This document shows positions 38,217 to 52,388 of a DNA stretch of 64,000 bases, one piece after another. The notes under the pieces are model-generated. The model had not been told where the DNA came from. It saw only the letters and a program-made list of their open reading frames with translations, and did not search any database. Origin of the DNA: Hormiphora californensis (taxonomy: Eukaryota > Animalia > Ctenophora); NCBI GenBank assembly GCA_020137815.1, contig CM035354.1, positions 5,580,001-5,644,000 of the forward strand, read 5' to 3'. The position numbers were made by a program, and so were the translations under genes. The number at the start of each line of letters is the position of its first letter. Position 1 is the stretch's first letter.

Positions 38217-41200
38217 CTATATCAGGGTGTGAACTGCATGTCGTGTTTGCTAGTCGTGAGCGCGCTTGCGAGACAAGCAAACACGTCAAGGTTCATTAAC
38301 AAGCATGCTGCTCAGTCATTTTAGATTTAATACACAATGTAAGGATACCATGTAATAGGTGAGACTCTTGCCGTCACCCTCGTTCAAGTCCCGTGAAAAA
38401 CGGAGCAGTACACGCAAACTGATGCCCATTTTCCTCGCGTGACCCCGATTCAGCAGTTTGAGACACCAACTCTTTAGGGGGCCATATCTCAGGAACCAGA
38501 CAAGATAGGAAAAATCGCCGTCTAATGAGGCGTACAGTTTTTAATCTAGTTTACCACTGTACCGGCCGTTTCACTCTCCGACCTAAAACAAAAATCGCAA
38601 CCCCACAAAACTTCAAAATAATGAAATTCGCATCTCGCATGTCGTGTTGCATGTCGTGTCATGTTATTGACGCGCTCGCGTTCAACTCTCACACAGCAGC
38701 TGCAGAACATGGCGGGAAACATCGAGGAGTAGAGAGAGGGTCGGTGCCGAATCAAATATTTCTTGATCTTGATCTATTCCATCTCTCAGCTATCCTACCC
38801 CTCATCAACTCGATCTCTCAGCTACCCTACCCCTCATCTACTCCATCTTTCAGCTACCCTACCCCTCATCTACTCCATCTTTCAGCTACCCTACCCCTTA
38901 TCTAGTCCATCTCTCAGCTACCCTACTCCTCATCTACTCCATCTCTCAGCTTCCCTATTAGGGAAGCATAGAGATGGAAACGATTAGGGGTAGGGAATCC
39001 CTATCCATAATCGTTTCCATCTCTATGCTTCCCTAGCCCTCATCAACTCCATCTTTCAGCTACCCTACCCCTAATCTAGTCCATCACTCCGCTACCCTAC
39101 TCCTCATCTACTCCATCTCTTAGCTACCCTACCTCCCATTTACTCCATCTCTCAGCTTCCCTACCTCCCATTTACTCCATCTCTCAGCTTACCTACCTCC
39201 CATTTACTCCATATCTCAGCTTCCCTACCTGCAATTTACTCCATCTCTCAGATACCCTACCTCCCATTTACTCCATCTCTCAGCTTACCTACCGGCTACC
39301 TCCCATTTACTCCATCTCTCAGCTTACCTGCCTCCCATTTACTCCATCTCTCAGCTTCCCTACCTCCCATTTACTCCATCTCTCAGCTACCCTACCTCCC
39401 ATTCACTCCATCTCTCAGGTTCCCTACCTCCCATTTACTCCATCTCTCAGCTTCCCTACCTCCCATTTACTCCATCTCTCAGCTTCCCTACCTCCCATTT
39501 ACTCCATCCTTGCCTCCCATTTACTCCATCTCTCAGCTACCCTACCTCCCATTCACTCCATCTCTCAACTACCCTACCTCCCATTTACTCCATCTCTCAG
39601 CTTCCCTACCTCCCATTTACTCCATCTCTCAGCTACCCTACCTCCCATTCACTCCATCTCTCAGCTACCCTACCTCCCATTTACTCCATCTCTCAGCTAC
39701 CCTACCTCCCATTTACTCCATCTCTCAGCTACCCTACCTCCCATTTACTCCATCTCTCAGCTTCCCTACCTCCCATTTACTCCATCTCTCAGCTACCCTA
39801 CCTCCCATTTACTCCATCTCTCAGCTACCCTACCTCCCATTTACTCCATCTCTCAGCTACCCTACCTCCCATTTACTCCATCTCTCAGCTTCCCTACCTG
39901 CCATTTACTCCATCTCTCAGCTACCCTACCTCCCATTTACTTCATCTCTCAGCTTCCCTACCTCCCATTTACTCCATCTCTCAGCTTCCCTACCTCCCAT
40001 TCACTCCATCTCTCAGCTACCCTACATCCCATTTACTCCATCTCTCAGCTACCCTACCTCCCATTTACTCCATCTCTCAGCTTCCCTACCTCCCATTTAC
40101 TCCATCTCTCAGCTACCCTACCTCCCATTTACTCCATCTCTCAGCTACCCTACCTCCCATTTACTCCATCTCTCAGCTACCCTACCTCCCATTTACTCCA
40201 TCTCTCAGCTTCCCTACCTGCCATTTACTCCATCTCTCAGCTACCCTACCTCCCATTTACTCCATCTTTCAGCTACCCTACCTCCCATTCACTCCATCTC
40301 TCAGCTACCCTACCTCCCATTTACTCCATCTCTCAGCTACCCTACCTCCCATTTACTCCATCTCTCAGCTACCCTACCTCCCATTTACTCCATCGCTTAC
40401 CTTCCCTACCTCCCATTTACTCCATCTCTCAGCTTCCCTACCTCCCATTTACTCCATCTCTTACCTTCCCTACCTCCCATTTAGTCCATCTCTCATTTAT
40501 CCTAACATTCCTACCCCTGAGAGATGGAGTAAATGGGAGGTAGGGAAGCGGAGAGATGGAGTAAATGGGTGGTAGGGTAGCTGAGAGATGGGGTAAATGA
40601 GAGGTAGGGAAGCTGAGAAATGGAGTAAATGGGAGGTAGGGTAGCTGAGAGATGGAGTAAATGGGAGGTAGGGAAGCTGAGAGATGGAGTAAATGGGAGG
40701 TAGGGAAGGTAAGTGATGGAGTAAATGGGAGGTAGGGAAGCTGAGAGATGGAGTAAATGGGAGGTAGGGAAGCTGCGAGATGGAGTAAATGGGAAGTAGG
40801 GAAGCTGAGGGATGGAGTAAATGGGAGGTAGGGAAGCTGAGAGATGGAGTAAATGGGAGGTAGGGAAGCTGAGAGATGGAGTAAATGGGAGGCAAGGATG
40901 GAGTAAATGGGAGGTAGGGAAGCTGAGGGATGGAGTAAATGGGAGGTAGGGAAGCTGAGGGATGGAGTAAATGGGAGGTAGGGAAGCTGAGAGATGGAGT
41001 AAATGGGAGGTAGGGAACCTGAGAGATGGAGTGAATGGGAGGTAGGTAAGCTGAGAGATGGAGTAAATGGGAGGTAGGGTATCTGAGAGATGGAGTAAAT
41101 GGCAGGTAGGGTAGCTGAGATATGGAGTAAATGGGAGGTAGGTAAGCTGAGAGATGGAGTAAATGGGAGGTAGGGAAGCTGAGAGATGGAGTAAATGGGA

Positions 41201-42103
41201 GGTAGGGTAGCTGAGAGATGGAGTAGATGAGGAGTAGGGTAGCGGAGAGATGGACTAGATTAGGGGTAGGGTAGCTGAAAGATGGTGTTGATGAGGGCTA
41301 GGGAAGCATAGAGATGGAAACGATTATGGATAGGGATTCCTTACCCCTAATTGTTTCCATCTCTATGCTTCCCTAATAGGGAAGCTGAGAGATGGAGTAG
41401 ATGAGGAGTAGGGTAGCTGAGAGATGGACTAGATAAGGGGTAGGGTAGCTGAAAGATGGAGTAGATGAGGGGTAGGGTAGCTGAAAGATGGAGTAGATGA
41501 GGGGTATATATAGCTGAGAGATGGAATAGATCAAGATCAAGAAATACTTGATTCGGCACCGACCCTCTCTCTACTCCTCGATGTTTCCCGCCATGTTCTG
41601 CAGCTGTTGTGTGAGAGTTGAACGCGAGCGCGTCAATAACATGACACGACATGCAACACGACATGCGAGATGCGAATTTCATTATTTTGAAGTTTTGTGG
41701 GGTTGCGATTTTTGTTTTAGGTCGGAGAGTGAAACGGCCGGTACAGTGGTAAACTAGATTAAAAACTGTACGCCTCATTAGACGGCGATTTTTCCTATCT
41801 TGTCTGGTTCCTGAGATATGGCCCCCTAAAGAGTTGGTGTCTCAAACTGCTGAATCGGGGTCACGCGAGGAAAATGGGCATCAGTTTGCGTGTACTGCTC
41901 CGTTTTTCACGGGACTTGAACGAGGGTGACGGCAAGAGTCTCACCTATTACATGGTATCCTTACATTGTGTATTAAATCTAAAATGACTGAGCAGCATGC
42001 TTGTTAATGAACCTTGACGTGTTTGCTTGTCTCGCAAGCGCGCTCACGACTAGCAAACACGACATGCAGTTCACACCCTGATATAGTAGCACTGGCAGGT
42101 TCT
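38200..42103. mobile_element. Foldback element: unique outer arms of about 580 bp plus inverted 32-bp tandem arrays, spacer about 20 bp
   Basis: 38200-38780 is the reverse complement of about 41525-42103. Unit ctacctcccatttactccatctctcagctacc runs on the plus strand at about 38780-40495 and inverted at 40518-41525. mariner-like CAGGGTG near the arm ends. Confidence 0.9.
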
Positions 42104-42407
42104 TAGCTCTCAACATTCAACAGTCAACAGTCAACAGTTCATGTTTCAACCTGCAATGGTGGACTTATTAAATGGTTAAAATCGCTCAAAAAAGAGCCCA
42201 TATGGCCAAAATTTTCCGGGGGCTTCGCCCCCTGGACCCCTACCAGGGGCTTCGCCCCTGGACCCCACTGGGGGCCTCAGGCGGCCCCCAGACCCCCTCC
42301 CCGACCGCAAACATGCTCACTCCGCCGCATTATTGGCATCCCAAATTCAGCATCCTTCCACTTAAATCAATCCAATTGGTTGGCATTTTTTCAATATTTG
42401 ATTGGGG

Positions 42408-42550
42408 GTCTCACCTATTACATGGTATCCTTACATTGTGTATTAAATCTAAAATGACTGAGCAGCATGCTTGTTAATGAACCTTGACGTGTTTGCTTGT
42501 CTCGCAAGCGCGCTCGCGACTAGCAAACACGACATGCAGTTCACACCCTG
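42408..42550. repeat. Third copy of the foldback terminal segment
   Basis: Near-identical to 41938-42080 and ends caccctg-TA. Confidence 0.85.
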
Positions 42551-42989
42551 TATATACCATTGCAGATTTCGAGGTTTTTGATGCTTTAAAAAAGCATGTT
42601 CAAGATGAAGTAGAGAGCTGAAATTTTGTACTCTAAGGGCCCTCATATACATACTGATATAGGAGAAGAGGCATGCAAATTTTCAGAACGATCGGATGTA
42701 AGGTAAAAATTTGCCAGAGGGGTCCCAAAATGCAAAAATGTAAGGAGGGGGAGGGGGAGGGGGGGGGGAGGACGCTTTTTTATCTTTGAGTGTTCTCCTA
42801 AACCACAAATAGTAGAGACTTGCCGTTTTGAACAGTGGTTCCTTACATCATTGCGCTCGGTAATAGCTGTGTGAGAACTTCGAAATCGCCATAGTTCATT
42901 AATTATTCATTAATTAGTCATTAAATATTCATTTTAACCATGGTTGCGATATGACACGACTGGAAGGTCATAAAGACTTGAAACCGGTC

Positions 42990-43580
42990 TTATTCGACGC
43001 GGAACGGTCGGTTTATGGGGGGTCTTACTCGGGACAAAAATCTCTATCTCGCACCGTTAAGCCGTCATTTGCATATTTATGCACCTATTCACGATTTTAT
43101 GCATATTTTCAATATTTTCACTTCAGGCTGGTCCTAGAACGTTTTCAGTGGACATATTTCGACGCACAGAATAGTCGATTTATGGGGGGTCGTCCCCCTG
43201 GACGAAAAGTCGTATCTCGCACCGTTGAGCCGTTATTTGCATAATTATGCACCGATTCATAATTTAATGCATATTCTGAATATTTCCAGTTCAGCTGGTC
43301 CTAGAACGTTTTCATGGACATATTTCGACGCAAAATAGTCGATTTATGGGGGGTCTTACTCGGGACAAAAATCCCCATCTCTCACCGTTAAGCCGTTATT
43401 TGCATATTTATGCACCGATTCATGATTTAATGCATATTCTTAATATTTCCACTTCGGATGGTCCTAGAACGTTTTCATGGACATATTCCGGCGCAGAATA
43501 GTCGATTTATGGGGGGTCGTCCCCCTGACAAAAAGTCGTATCTCTCACCGTTTAGTCGTTATTCGCATATTTATGAATTA
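42990..43580. repeat. Satellite-like tandem repeat of about 164 bp, 3.5 copies alternating A/B types
   Basis: gatttatggggggtc anchor at about 43010, 43177, 43341 and 43504, followed alternately by ttactcgggacaaaaatc and gtcccc(c)tg. Confidence 0.8.
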
Positions 43581-43658
43581 TTCAAATTCGAAAATATGCA
43601 GAAATCAGAAAAAAAATCCGAAAAATAGCTTTTTCTATTTTACACCAAAAAGAACAGA

Positions 43659-44835
<1,177 letters not shown>

Positions 44836-44908
44836 GAATATATACTTAATTTTATTTATTAATTTATCTCACATAGCATGGTGTTTGGTCTTCCAAGGTA
44901 AAGTAAAC

Positions 44909-45731
44909 ATGTCTGATTTCGCCCATCAAAACTGCGAAGAGTGGAAGACCAACGCTTTGCGAAAAAACAAAGTCGTCCAGAAGATTTTATCCAAGATCGA
45001 GTCAACAAATTTTAATTTTCGTGAATCCTGCATATCGTGTGAGCACTGTCGTGATACAGGTTGGTGATTATGGAATTTATAGTATAAATTTTATACGTGT
45101 GCTGCCCTATTTGACGAAACATCATAAATTATATCTCGATTCTTTGTAAGGTTTTTTCATCTGAAAGGTATTTATTTTCAGGTCTAAAAGGCGGCCTTAC
45201 TACGGCACCAGAGATTTTACTATGTGAAAACAGCCTCAAAACTCAATCAGAAGTGGAACAAGTGCTAAGTCACGAGCTTGTTCATTTTCTCGATCATCTC
45301 AAGGTTAGTGAATCGTAGTTCGACCATCACAAAAGTTGTGTCTAAGCAAGCGCTTTAGATAACCTGCAAGATTCGCCATGTGGCCTTCACTGTATTGTAA
45401 CGTGACGACAAGTGCATATATGTTTCTTAGTTTTTTAATTTCTTTAGTAATTAGCACTCTGACCCAGGGTACAAAATGGGATAACGTCCACGAGCTGGCC
45501 CGCTCTGAGGTCCGAGCTGCTAAGTTTAGTTTGGAATGTCACTCGGAGGCATCGCAGTTTTACGAGGGCTGTCTGGAGCAACCTCACCTCTGCAGTATCT
45601 CGGAACAATTCAAGAAATGTGTCAAAAACCGGGCTATTGATTCTGTAAAACTGATAAAAGATGTGACGCACAGTAAAGCCAGCACTATTGTTGATTCTGT
45701 TTTTGATAAGTCCTTTAACGAAGATTTATAG
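44909..45731 (+). CDS. ATP23: Mitochondrial inner-membrane metalloprotease ATP23 (XRCC6BP1/KUB3), 3 exons
   Basis: CEHC, ILLCENSL..VLSHELVHFLDH (HExxH), LARSEVRAA, CVKNRAIDSV, VDSVFDKSFNED. Confidence 0.85.
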
Positions 45732-45989
45732 CTGAGTGCTGACCATGACTCACTAATTAAAGTAGGATTAATCGCCCATTTTGTGTTTGGTGCCTGTAAA
45801 TTCTTGTTGAGGGATAAATTGTGTAATTTGAGTTGTTTATGTAAATTGTTGTACAGTTTGGAACGTTTATTAACATATTGCGGTTTAAATTTCTACAACC
45901 AATCTCCCTGGCCATGTTATCACGCAAGTATTTAACACCATTCCATTTCCTCGGTAGATCTATAGATAGCTAGGTGTGTCCGATAAGCC

Positions 45990-47847
45990 ATGTCCTCCGA
46001 GGCAGGAGGGGAACAGTACTACTGCTACCAATGTCGTGCTGCCTGTACCCCCACTACCCCCGACTTTGTGTGTCCCACCTGTAACGAGGGATTTATTGAG
46101 CCCATGGCCCACCAACAGCAGCAACGGCCACGACCCACGATCTTTAGAGTGAGTGTTTTTGATTTGATCAAAAAACATTACAGATATCATAATATTTTGA
46201 TCGTGCGGTGCACATCGATCAGGCTGAAACGTGACTCAATTTCACACAGCTCTTACACAGCTCTAACAATAATTGTCCCAGATGATGGGAGGAAATGATC
46301 CAGCATCAGTTGAGAGAGGGATGAGGATGATGCATCATATGAGAATGCGACAACAACTAGGTCAACAACAAGATGGTACGCCCTAATTACTAGTGTATTG
46401 ATTTATCAATTTATTGATTTCAAATCAATGATTTGAAAGTTGATTGTTTCACAAAAGACTGTCCTCTCCTCACCAGGCCGAAGCAAGCTCACAAAGAAAA
46501 CGCTCACTAAAATCCCCTCCAGGTTCATCTGCACCTCCTCCCCCGACGGACCCCAGCGAGGACGCGGAACCCCCTGTACCACCTGTTCCATCTGGTCTCA
46601 TGGGACCCCCTCCCACGGGGGCGGGTGGCCCCGATATCCTCATGCTGCAGAACCTGATCCAGAGTGCGGTGCAAAGCTGCCGCCGCACACAGGATACCAA
46701 ACACTCCCCACCAGCACCAAGGTAGTAGCACGCCCTCTCAGGCAGACGGTGGTGAGCCCGGGGACCAGGAAGTCGGGAGTAGGCGACATTTTCATCGTGT
46801 TCACAGTTCCAGTGTTCCACTAACGGGAGGACCTTTTCCACGAATGTTCCAGGTATGGCTAGGTCTACTAATTGCAGGGTGACATCCGTTTACTAGGTTT
46901 TTCCTAGTATTATTAAAAATTTAAAATGGTGCGAGGCTTTCCAGAGAAGAAGAGAGAAAAAGAAAAAGAGAAGTGGTAGAGATACAGAGAGACAGAATAC
47001 AGAGCTGTGTATTGGCGCTCTGTCTACTACTTCACACTTATTGTAAATCACACACTAGACACTGTGTGTAGCTATGGCAATAGTTGTCTTGCTCTAAGAA
47101 TAATGAAAATAATGGGATAATGAAAGAGATGGAGTGAGAGAGAGAGAGAGTGTGTGTGTAAATTATAGACACAAATAGAGAGAAAGAGACAGAGTGTCTC
47201 TGTAATGTGAACACCTGTGTCAATTAGTTTCCTACACAGTGAAATGTAACACCCATTTTGTCAGGGTGGAGCAGGTTTCCCAGTAGCGGATTATGACCCC
47301 TGATGGACGAAGTATCGACCCGAGCACCACCGATATCCCATCCCTGTTCAGTATGATCCTCTCGGATATGCGACCTGGAGGTAACCAGTCCATGTATGGT
47401 AATCCCGGGGATTACGCCTGGGGTCCCACCGGTCTTGACAACATCATCTCACAGCTGATTGGCCAGTTGGATGGAGCAGGCCCGCCTCCTGCCCAGGCGA
47501 CTAGTATTGAGTCCCTACCCGATGTTAAGGTGTCCCAGGCTCTGGTTGACAACGAAACAGACTGCACAGTGTGTCAAGAGTTCTTTGTTCTGGGGGAGGA
47601 GGTCAAGAAGTTACCATGTGAGCACCATTTTCATAGTGGGTGTATCGTTCCCTGGCTGAAGCTCCACAATTCCTGCCCAATTTGCCGCGTTTCTATTGAT
47701 GGTACGGAACATCCCCCCGCTGATACCCCAATGGCAGATGACATGGATCCAATTTCCACACCCCCTCCTCCTCCTCCTGCCTCGACCGCTCCTCCACCCT
47801 CTTATCCGGCCGCCCCGCAAAACCTACACGAGGATGATCTTGATTGA
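45990..47847 (+). CDS. RNF126: RING-H2 E3 ligase of the RNF126/RNF115 family, multi-exon
   Basis: Zinc ribbon YYCYQC..FVCPTCNEGFIE; GNPGDYAWGPTGLDNIISQL; RING CTVCQEFF..LPCEHHFHSGCIVPWLKLHNSCPICR. Confidence 0.88.
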
Positions 47848-48174
47848 CAAATGATATTTAGAGAGAGAGAGAGGTAGAGAATGGAAGATTCTTATCAGGG
47901 TTGATTGATTTGTAGTGAACAGTAGTTTTGAGATCTGTGTGTGTGTGGGATTCGGCCACGGCCGTGTACCAATTCACTGGCCGATTGGTTGTAGCGCGCG
48001 CGAACATATTTAAGTAAAAAGTGCCGCGAAATTCCCACGCACACACCGTCGTTTTGTGTGTGTTCACCGATTTGTACAGTGCAGCAATAGCAATAACACC
48101 ACCCGATATCTCGTGTTTGTGTTTCTATATATTTTGATAATTAACTAATTAACCAGCCCAAATCTCCAATTAGC

Positions 48175-50204
48175 ATGTGTGGAAGGCTGGCGTGCTTGGT
48201 TGAAGGCCGAACATTGTCTGTACGGTGCGAGTACAAGAGCAGCGAGGGAGGCACGGAGAGGCCTGAGTGGGAGGGCAGTTTTCACCAGCCCAGTTATAAC
48301 ATTCCCCCAACTACCCAGGTTCCTGTTCTCTACGGTAGACTGGGTAAAAGATATCTTAGGTACACGATAAACAATAGTTGAGTGTCGATTAGTGTACAGA
48401 CAACAGTGTACAGTGTACGACTGTACACGATAAACATGATACTCCCCATTTGTATACATTGTCTTCAATAACCAATATCACCATCCCTAACTGCTAACTA
48501 TTACAGGTCTATGAGGTGGGGTCTGGTTCCATCGACACATAGGAAGCCCCTCCGTGAGTTCAACTTATCCACACACAACTGCTGCTCGGAGAGTATAACA
48601 GAGCGACCCATCTACAACAGAGTATTCAAACTGGGTAGACGATGTATCATTCCTGCTGCTGGGTTTTATGAGTGGAACTCAACCAAAGGGGCGGAGAAAA
48701 TTCCACACTTTGTACATCCCGCTGAAGATGGAAAGGTATCAATTCAAAAATCTGCTTGATTAGTTTCTTATTGTACTGGGTGTTCATTTTGGATCTTTAC
48801 AAGCGTTGGCCTTCACCCAGAAAAAAGTTGACAAGATCAGGTCATGAAACTTCATACTCGGACTATTCTATACCCTCATTCAAGGTTCCTGGGGGTTTTG
48901 GAACTCTAGCACCCCGGGAAGTGTGTTTTTGGCATCAAAACTACCAGAAGGAATTTTTTGCTGGTGCTGAGACTTTGTTAAAATGTTTTTTGGGTATTTT
49001 CTATGTCAATCCTAAAGTTTCATAGAGATTGGATGTGTTTTTCGGACTCAAAATTTCGATAAAAGTGGCTGGAAAGGCTCGAAAACAGCTCAAAAACGGC
49101 TAAAATTGAGTCTTTCCAGCCACTTTTTACGAAATTTTGAGTCTGAAAAACACATCCAATCTCTATGAAACTTTAGGATTGACATAGAAAATACCCAAAA
49201 AACATTTTAGCAAAGTCTCAGCACCAGCAAAAAATTCCTTCTGGTAGTTTTGATGCCAAAAACACACTTCCCGGGGTGCTAAAGCTCCAAAACCCCCTGG
49301 AACCTTGAATGAGGGTATAGAATAGTCCAAGTATGAAGTTTCATGACCTAATCTTGTCAACTTTTTTCTGGGTGAAGCCCAATGCCTGTAAAGATCCAAA
49401 ATGAACACCCTGTATCTCTAAATTCCTTTTTATATGATGTTCTCACACTTCTTTTCATTAACATTCAACATCTAACTCCCTCCCCTCAGTTGATGTACAT
49501 AGCGGCATTGTACGACAAGTGTAAACTAGAAGGCGATGGCAGTGAGCTCTTCTCTGTCAGTGTTATAACAACCTCAGCATCTTCATCCATCAGCTGGCTT
49601 CACCACCGCATGCCGGTAAGACACCTTAGGAAAATGATAGGTTTGCGAGAGATCAGATATGTCTGAATGTTGATTTTTCCTAATCTCTAAACCTCCCCCA
49701 GGCACTTCTCGAGACAGAAGAGGAGGTTCAGCGGTGGTTGCACAGTGGACAACTACAATCTGAATCCCTCCTATCACTCCTTCATCCCAGGACCTGCATT
49801 GGACTGTACCCGGTGTGCAAGACTGTCAACAGTGTACACACCAATGGACCTGATTGCCTCGTTATGAAAGGTAAGAACCATCAAAAATTTATGTTCGCTG
49901 ATGATCACGGTTTTTCAATGGTTATTTTTGTTCTGTACCAACATTCTTCTTCTTTTCAGAGCCACCCAAGAAAAGAAAGTCAGTGACGATGGACAAGTTC
50001 TTTGCCAAGAAACCAAAACTAGAAGAACAAAAAGAAGAGAAGATAAAACAGGAACCATCTGAGTCAACGGAGGGAAATAAGGAGAATGAAAATAACAAGG
50101 AAGTTTCCCTGAATAAGGTCAAGAAGGAAGAGAGGTCATCTGAAGATACGGTGCAGGGTGTATCGAGTGTTGAACAAGTAAAATATGAAAAGCTGTCTCA
50201 GTAG
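48175..50204 (+). CDS. HMCES: Abasic-site processing SRAP-domain protein, 5 exons
   Basis: N-terminal MCGR, PSYNIPPT, MRWGLVP, RRCIIPAAGFYEW, WLHHRMP; PIP-like TMDKFF in the last exon. Confidence 0.92.
48776..49412. mobile_element. Palindromic Tc1/mariner-type MITE in an HMCES intron
   Basis: TA-C(T/A)GGGTGTTCATTTTGG ends with TA TSD; arms of about 300 bp (mirrored ORFs 48756 plus and 49163 minus). Confidence 0.9.
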
Positions 50205-50456
50205 AAAGACAATAGACACGCATGAGTTTCCAATTCGTTTTTTAACATTCTCACATTATTTTTTCACGTCAGCCTGGCTATTTTTCACATTGTTTTTAAA
50301 TCATAGTTTTTACATCCATTGTTGTTTTAAAGTTACAATTAACTAAGTTATTCTTTTAAGATACATCCTTGTCTTGGTTTAATCTACCTTCCCCGACCGC
50401 TTATCCAACATTTCCCTTTCCCAAAACCCTCAAAGTACCTCCTTCTTCCTTCTAGT

Positions 50457-52235
50457 ATGTCAGATATCAAGATAGTGCCGTTGGGCGCTGGTCAGGATGT
50501 CGGGAGGAGTTGTATCTTAGTCTCTATCAACGGTAAAAACATCATGTTTGATTGTGGAATGCACATGGGTTATAACGACGAGAGACGGTTCCCAGATTTC
50601 TCCTATATCTGTCAGCCTGGGGGTGCGACTGATGTTATTGATTGTCTTATCATCTCACATTTCCACCTTGATCACTGTGGGTCTCTCCCCTTTTTCACTG
50701 AGAAGTTCGGCTACAACGGACCTCTGATCATGACGGCCCCCACTCGAGCCATCGCTCCTCTTCTTCTCGAGGATTATCGGAAAATATCGGTAGACCGGTA
50801 TGGGGAGGCGGGATTCTTCACAACTCAGCAAATCAAAACGTGTATCAAGAAGGTCCGAACAATCAGAGTTCATGAGACGATACAGATTGATAAAGATATC
50901 AGTGTGAAATGTTACTACGCTGGTCACGTGCTGGGTGCTGGCATGTTTCTTGTAAAGGTGGGCCATCAGTCCGTTCTTTACACCGGGGACTATAACATGA
51001 CTCCCGATAGGCACCTTGGGTGCGCCTGGGTAGACCGATGCAACCCGGACGTGCTCATCACGGAGTCGACCTACGCCACGACCATCCGAGATAGTAAGAG
51101 ATGTCGAGAGAGGGACTTCTTGAAAAAAGTGTACAATGTTGTGGAGAAGGGAGGGAAGGTGCTGATTCCTGTTTTTGCGCTCGGCCGTGCCCAGGAACTC
51201 TGTATTTTAATTGAGGAGTTTTGGGATCGGATGAACCTCAATGTTCCGGTATACTTCTGCCACGGACTAACGGAGAAAGCTACCAACTACTACAAACTCT
51301 TTATCACATGGACAAACGAGAAGATCAAATCGACATTTGTGAAGCGAAACATGTTTGAATACAAGCACATTTCAGTGTTCGAGCGGAGTTACATGAACAA
51401 TCCTGGGCCGATGGTGGTCTTCGCAACACCGGGTATGCTCCACTCAGGCATGTCCCTGAACATCTTCAAGGCTTGGTGCCACGATGCCAACAACATGGTG
51501 ATAATGCCGGGTTACTGCGTCTCCGGAACCGTTGGACACAAGCTCCTCAATGGAACCAGAAAACTGGAAACGGACAAGGGCTCAGTTACGGTTAATATGG
51601 CCGTGGAGTATCTCTCGTTCAGTGCTCATGCAGATGCCAAGGGAATACTTCAGCTCATTAAAAACTGCCAACCGAAGAATGTGGTACTAGTGCATGGCGA
51701 GGATAAGAAGATGGAATTCCTGATTGACAAAATTGATGATCAGTTTGGAATTCCGTCTTTCAAGCCGGCGAATGGTGAGCAGATCAGTATTCCATGTAAG
51801 CCTCACATCATGGGGAGTATCACCAAGGACACTTTCAAATTTGTCAGGACGAATGGTAATCATTTCGATGGCATGCTGGTCAAAGAAGATGACCAGTTGT
51901 CCCTGCTCAGCGCGGAGGAAGCCAGGGTAAAACTTGGACTGAGGCCAGTTTCCATTAACCTCAACTACAAGCTGAGCATGAACCTAGATATATCGCCAAC
52001 TGTGGTCCTGGAGCGTCTTCACACTCAACTTTCCTCGATTATTTCAGACCAGAAAGTGGGACCGTTTAAGCGGCAACTGGACGGTACACTCAATCTAAAC
52101 TCTGTGAATATCACGTGCAAACAGGAGGGAGCCGGGAGTGTGGTTCATGTGTCTTGGTCTGTTGAGGATGACCATGTTGGTCGGGCGGTCAGCGATATTT
52201 TGGAGGAATGTGGGGAGGGTCTTATACTCAACTGA
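50457..52235 (+). CDS. INTS11: Integrator complex subunit 11 (CPSF3L), MBL/beta-CASP endonuclease, intronless
   Basis: PLGAGQDVGRSC, DCGMHMGYNDERRFPDF, SHFHLDHCG, YAGHVLGA, TGDYNMTPDRHLG, SFSAHADAKGI. Confidence 0.96.
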   Translation: MSDIKIVPLGAGQDVGRSCILVSINGKNIMFDCGMHMGYNDERRFPDFSYICQPGGATDVIDCLIISHFHLDHCGSLPFFTEKFGYNGPLIMTAPTRAIAPLLLEDYRKISVDRYGEAGFFTTQQIKTCIKKVRTIRVHETIQIDKDISVKCYYAGHVLGAGMFLVKVGHQSVLYTGDYNMTPDRHLGCAWVDRCNPDVLITESTYATTIRDSKRCRERDFLKKVYNVVEKGGKVLIPVFALGRAQELCILIEEFWDRMNLNVPVYFCHGLTEKATNYYKLFITWTNEKIKSTFVKRNMFEYKHISVFERSYMNNPGPMVVFATPGMLHSGMSLNIFKAWCHDANNMVIMPGYCVSGTVGHKLLNGTRKLETDKGSVTVNMAVEYLSFSAHADAKGILQLIKNCQPKNVVLVHGEDKKMEFLIDKIDDQFGIPSFKPANGEQISIPCKPHIMGSITKDTFKFVRTNGNHFDGMLVKEDDQLSLLSAEEARVKLGLRPVSINLNYKLSMNLDISPTVVLERLHTQLSSIISDQKVGPFKRQLDGTLNLNSVNITCKQEGAGSVVHVSWSVEDDHVGRAVSDILEECGEGLILN

Positions 52236-52388
52236 ACTTGTTTGTCTTTATTTTCGCGTTTCAGCGAGATTTTTTATTGATCTATTTTATTTTAAAATTG
52301 TAACCTGTTTTAAAAGTTTGGCGTCTGTTTCTACAAGTTAATCACCGACCCTTTTAACTCGAACCCTTTTTTTTTCTATAGCACTATA

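Noticed and set aside
39510-40895. 324-aa and 132-aa Pro/Ser/Leu repeat ORFs
   Set aside because: Stop-free frames of the 32-bp array.
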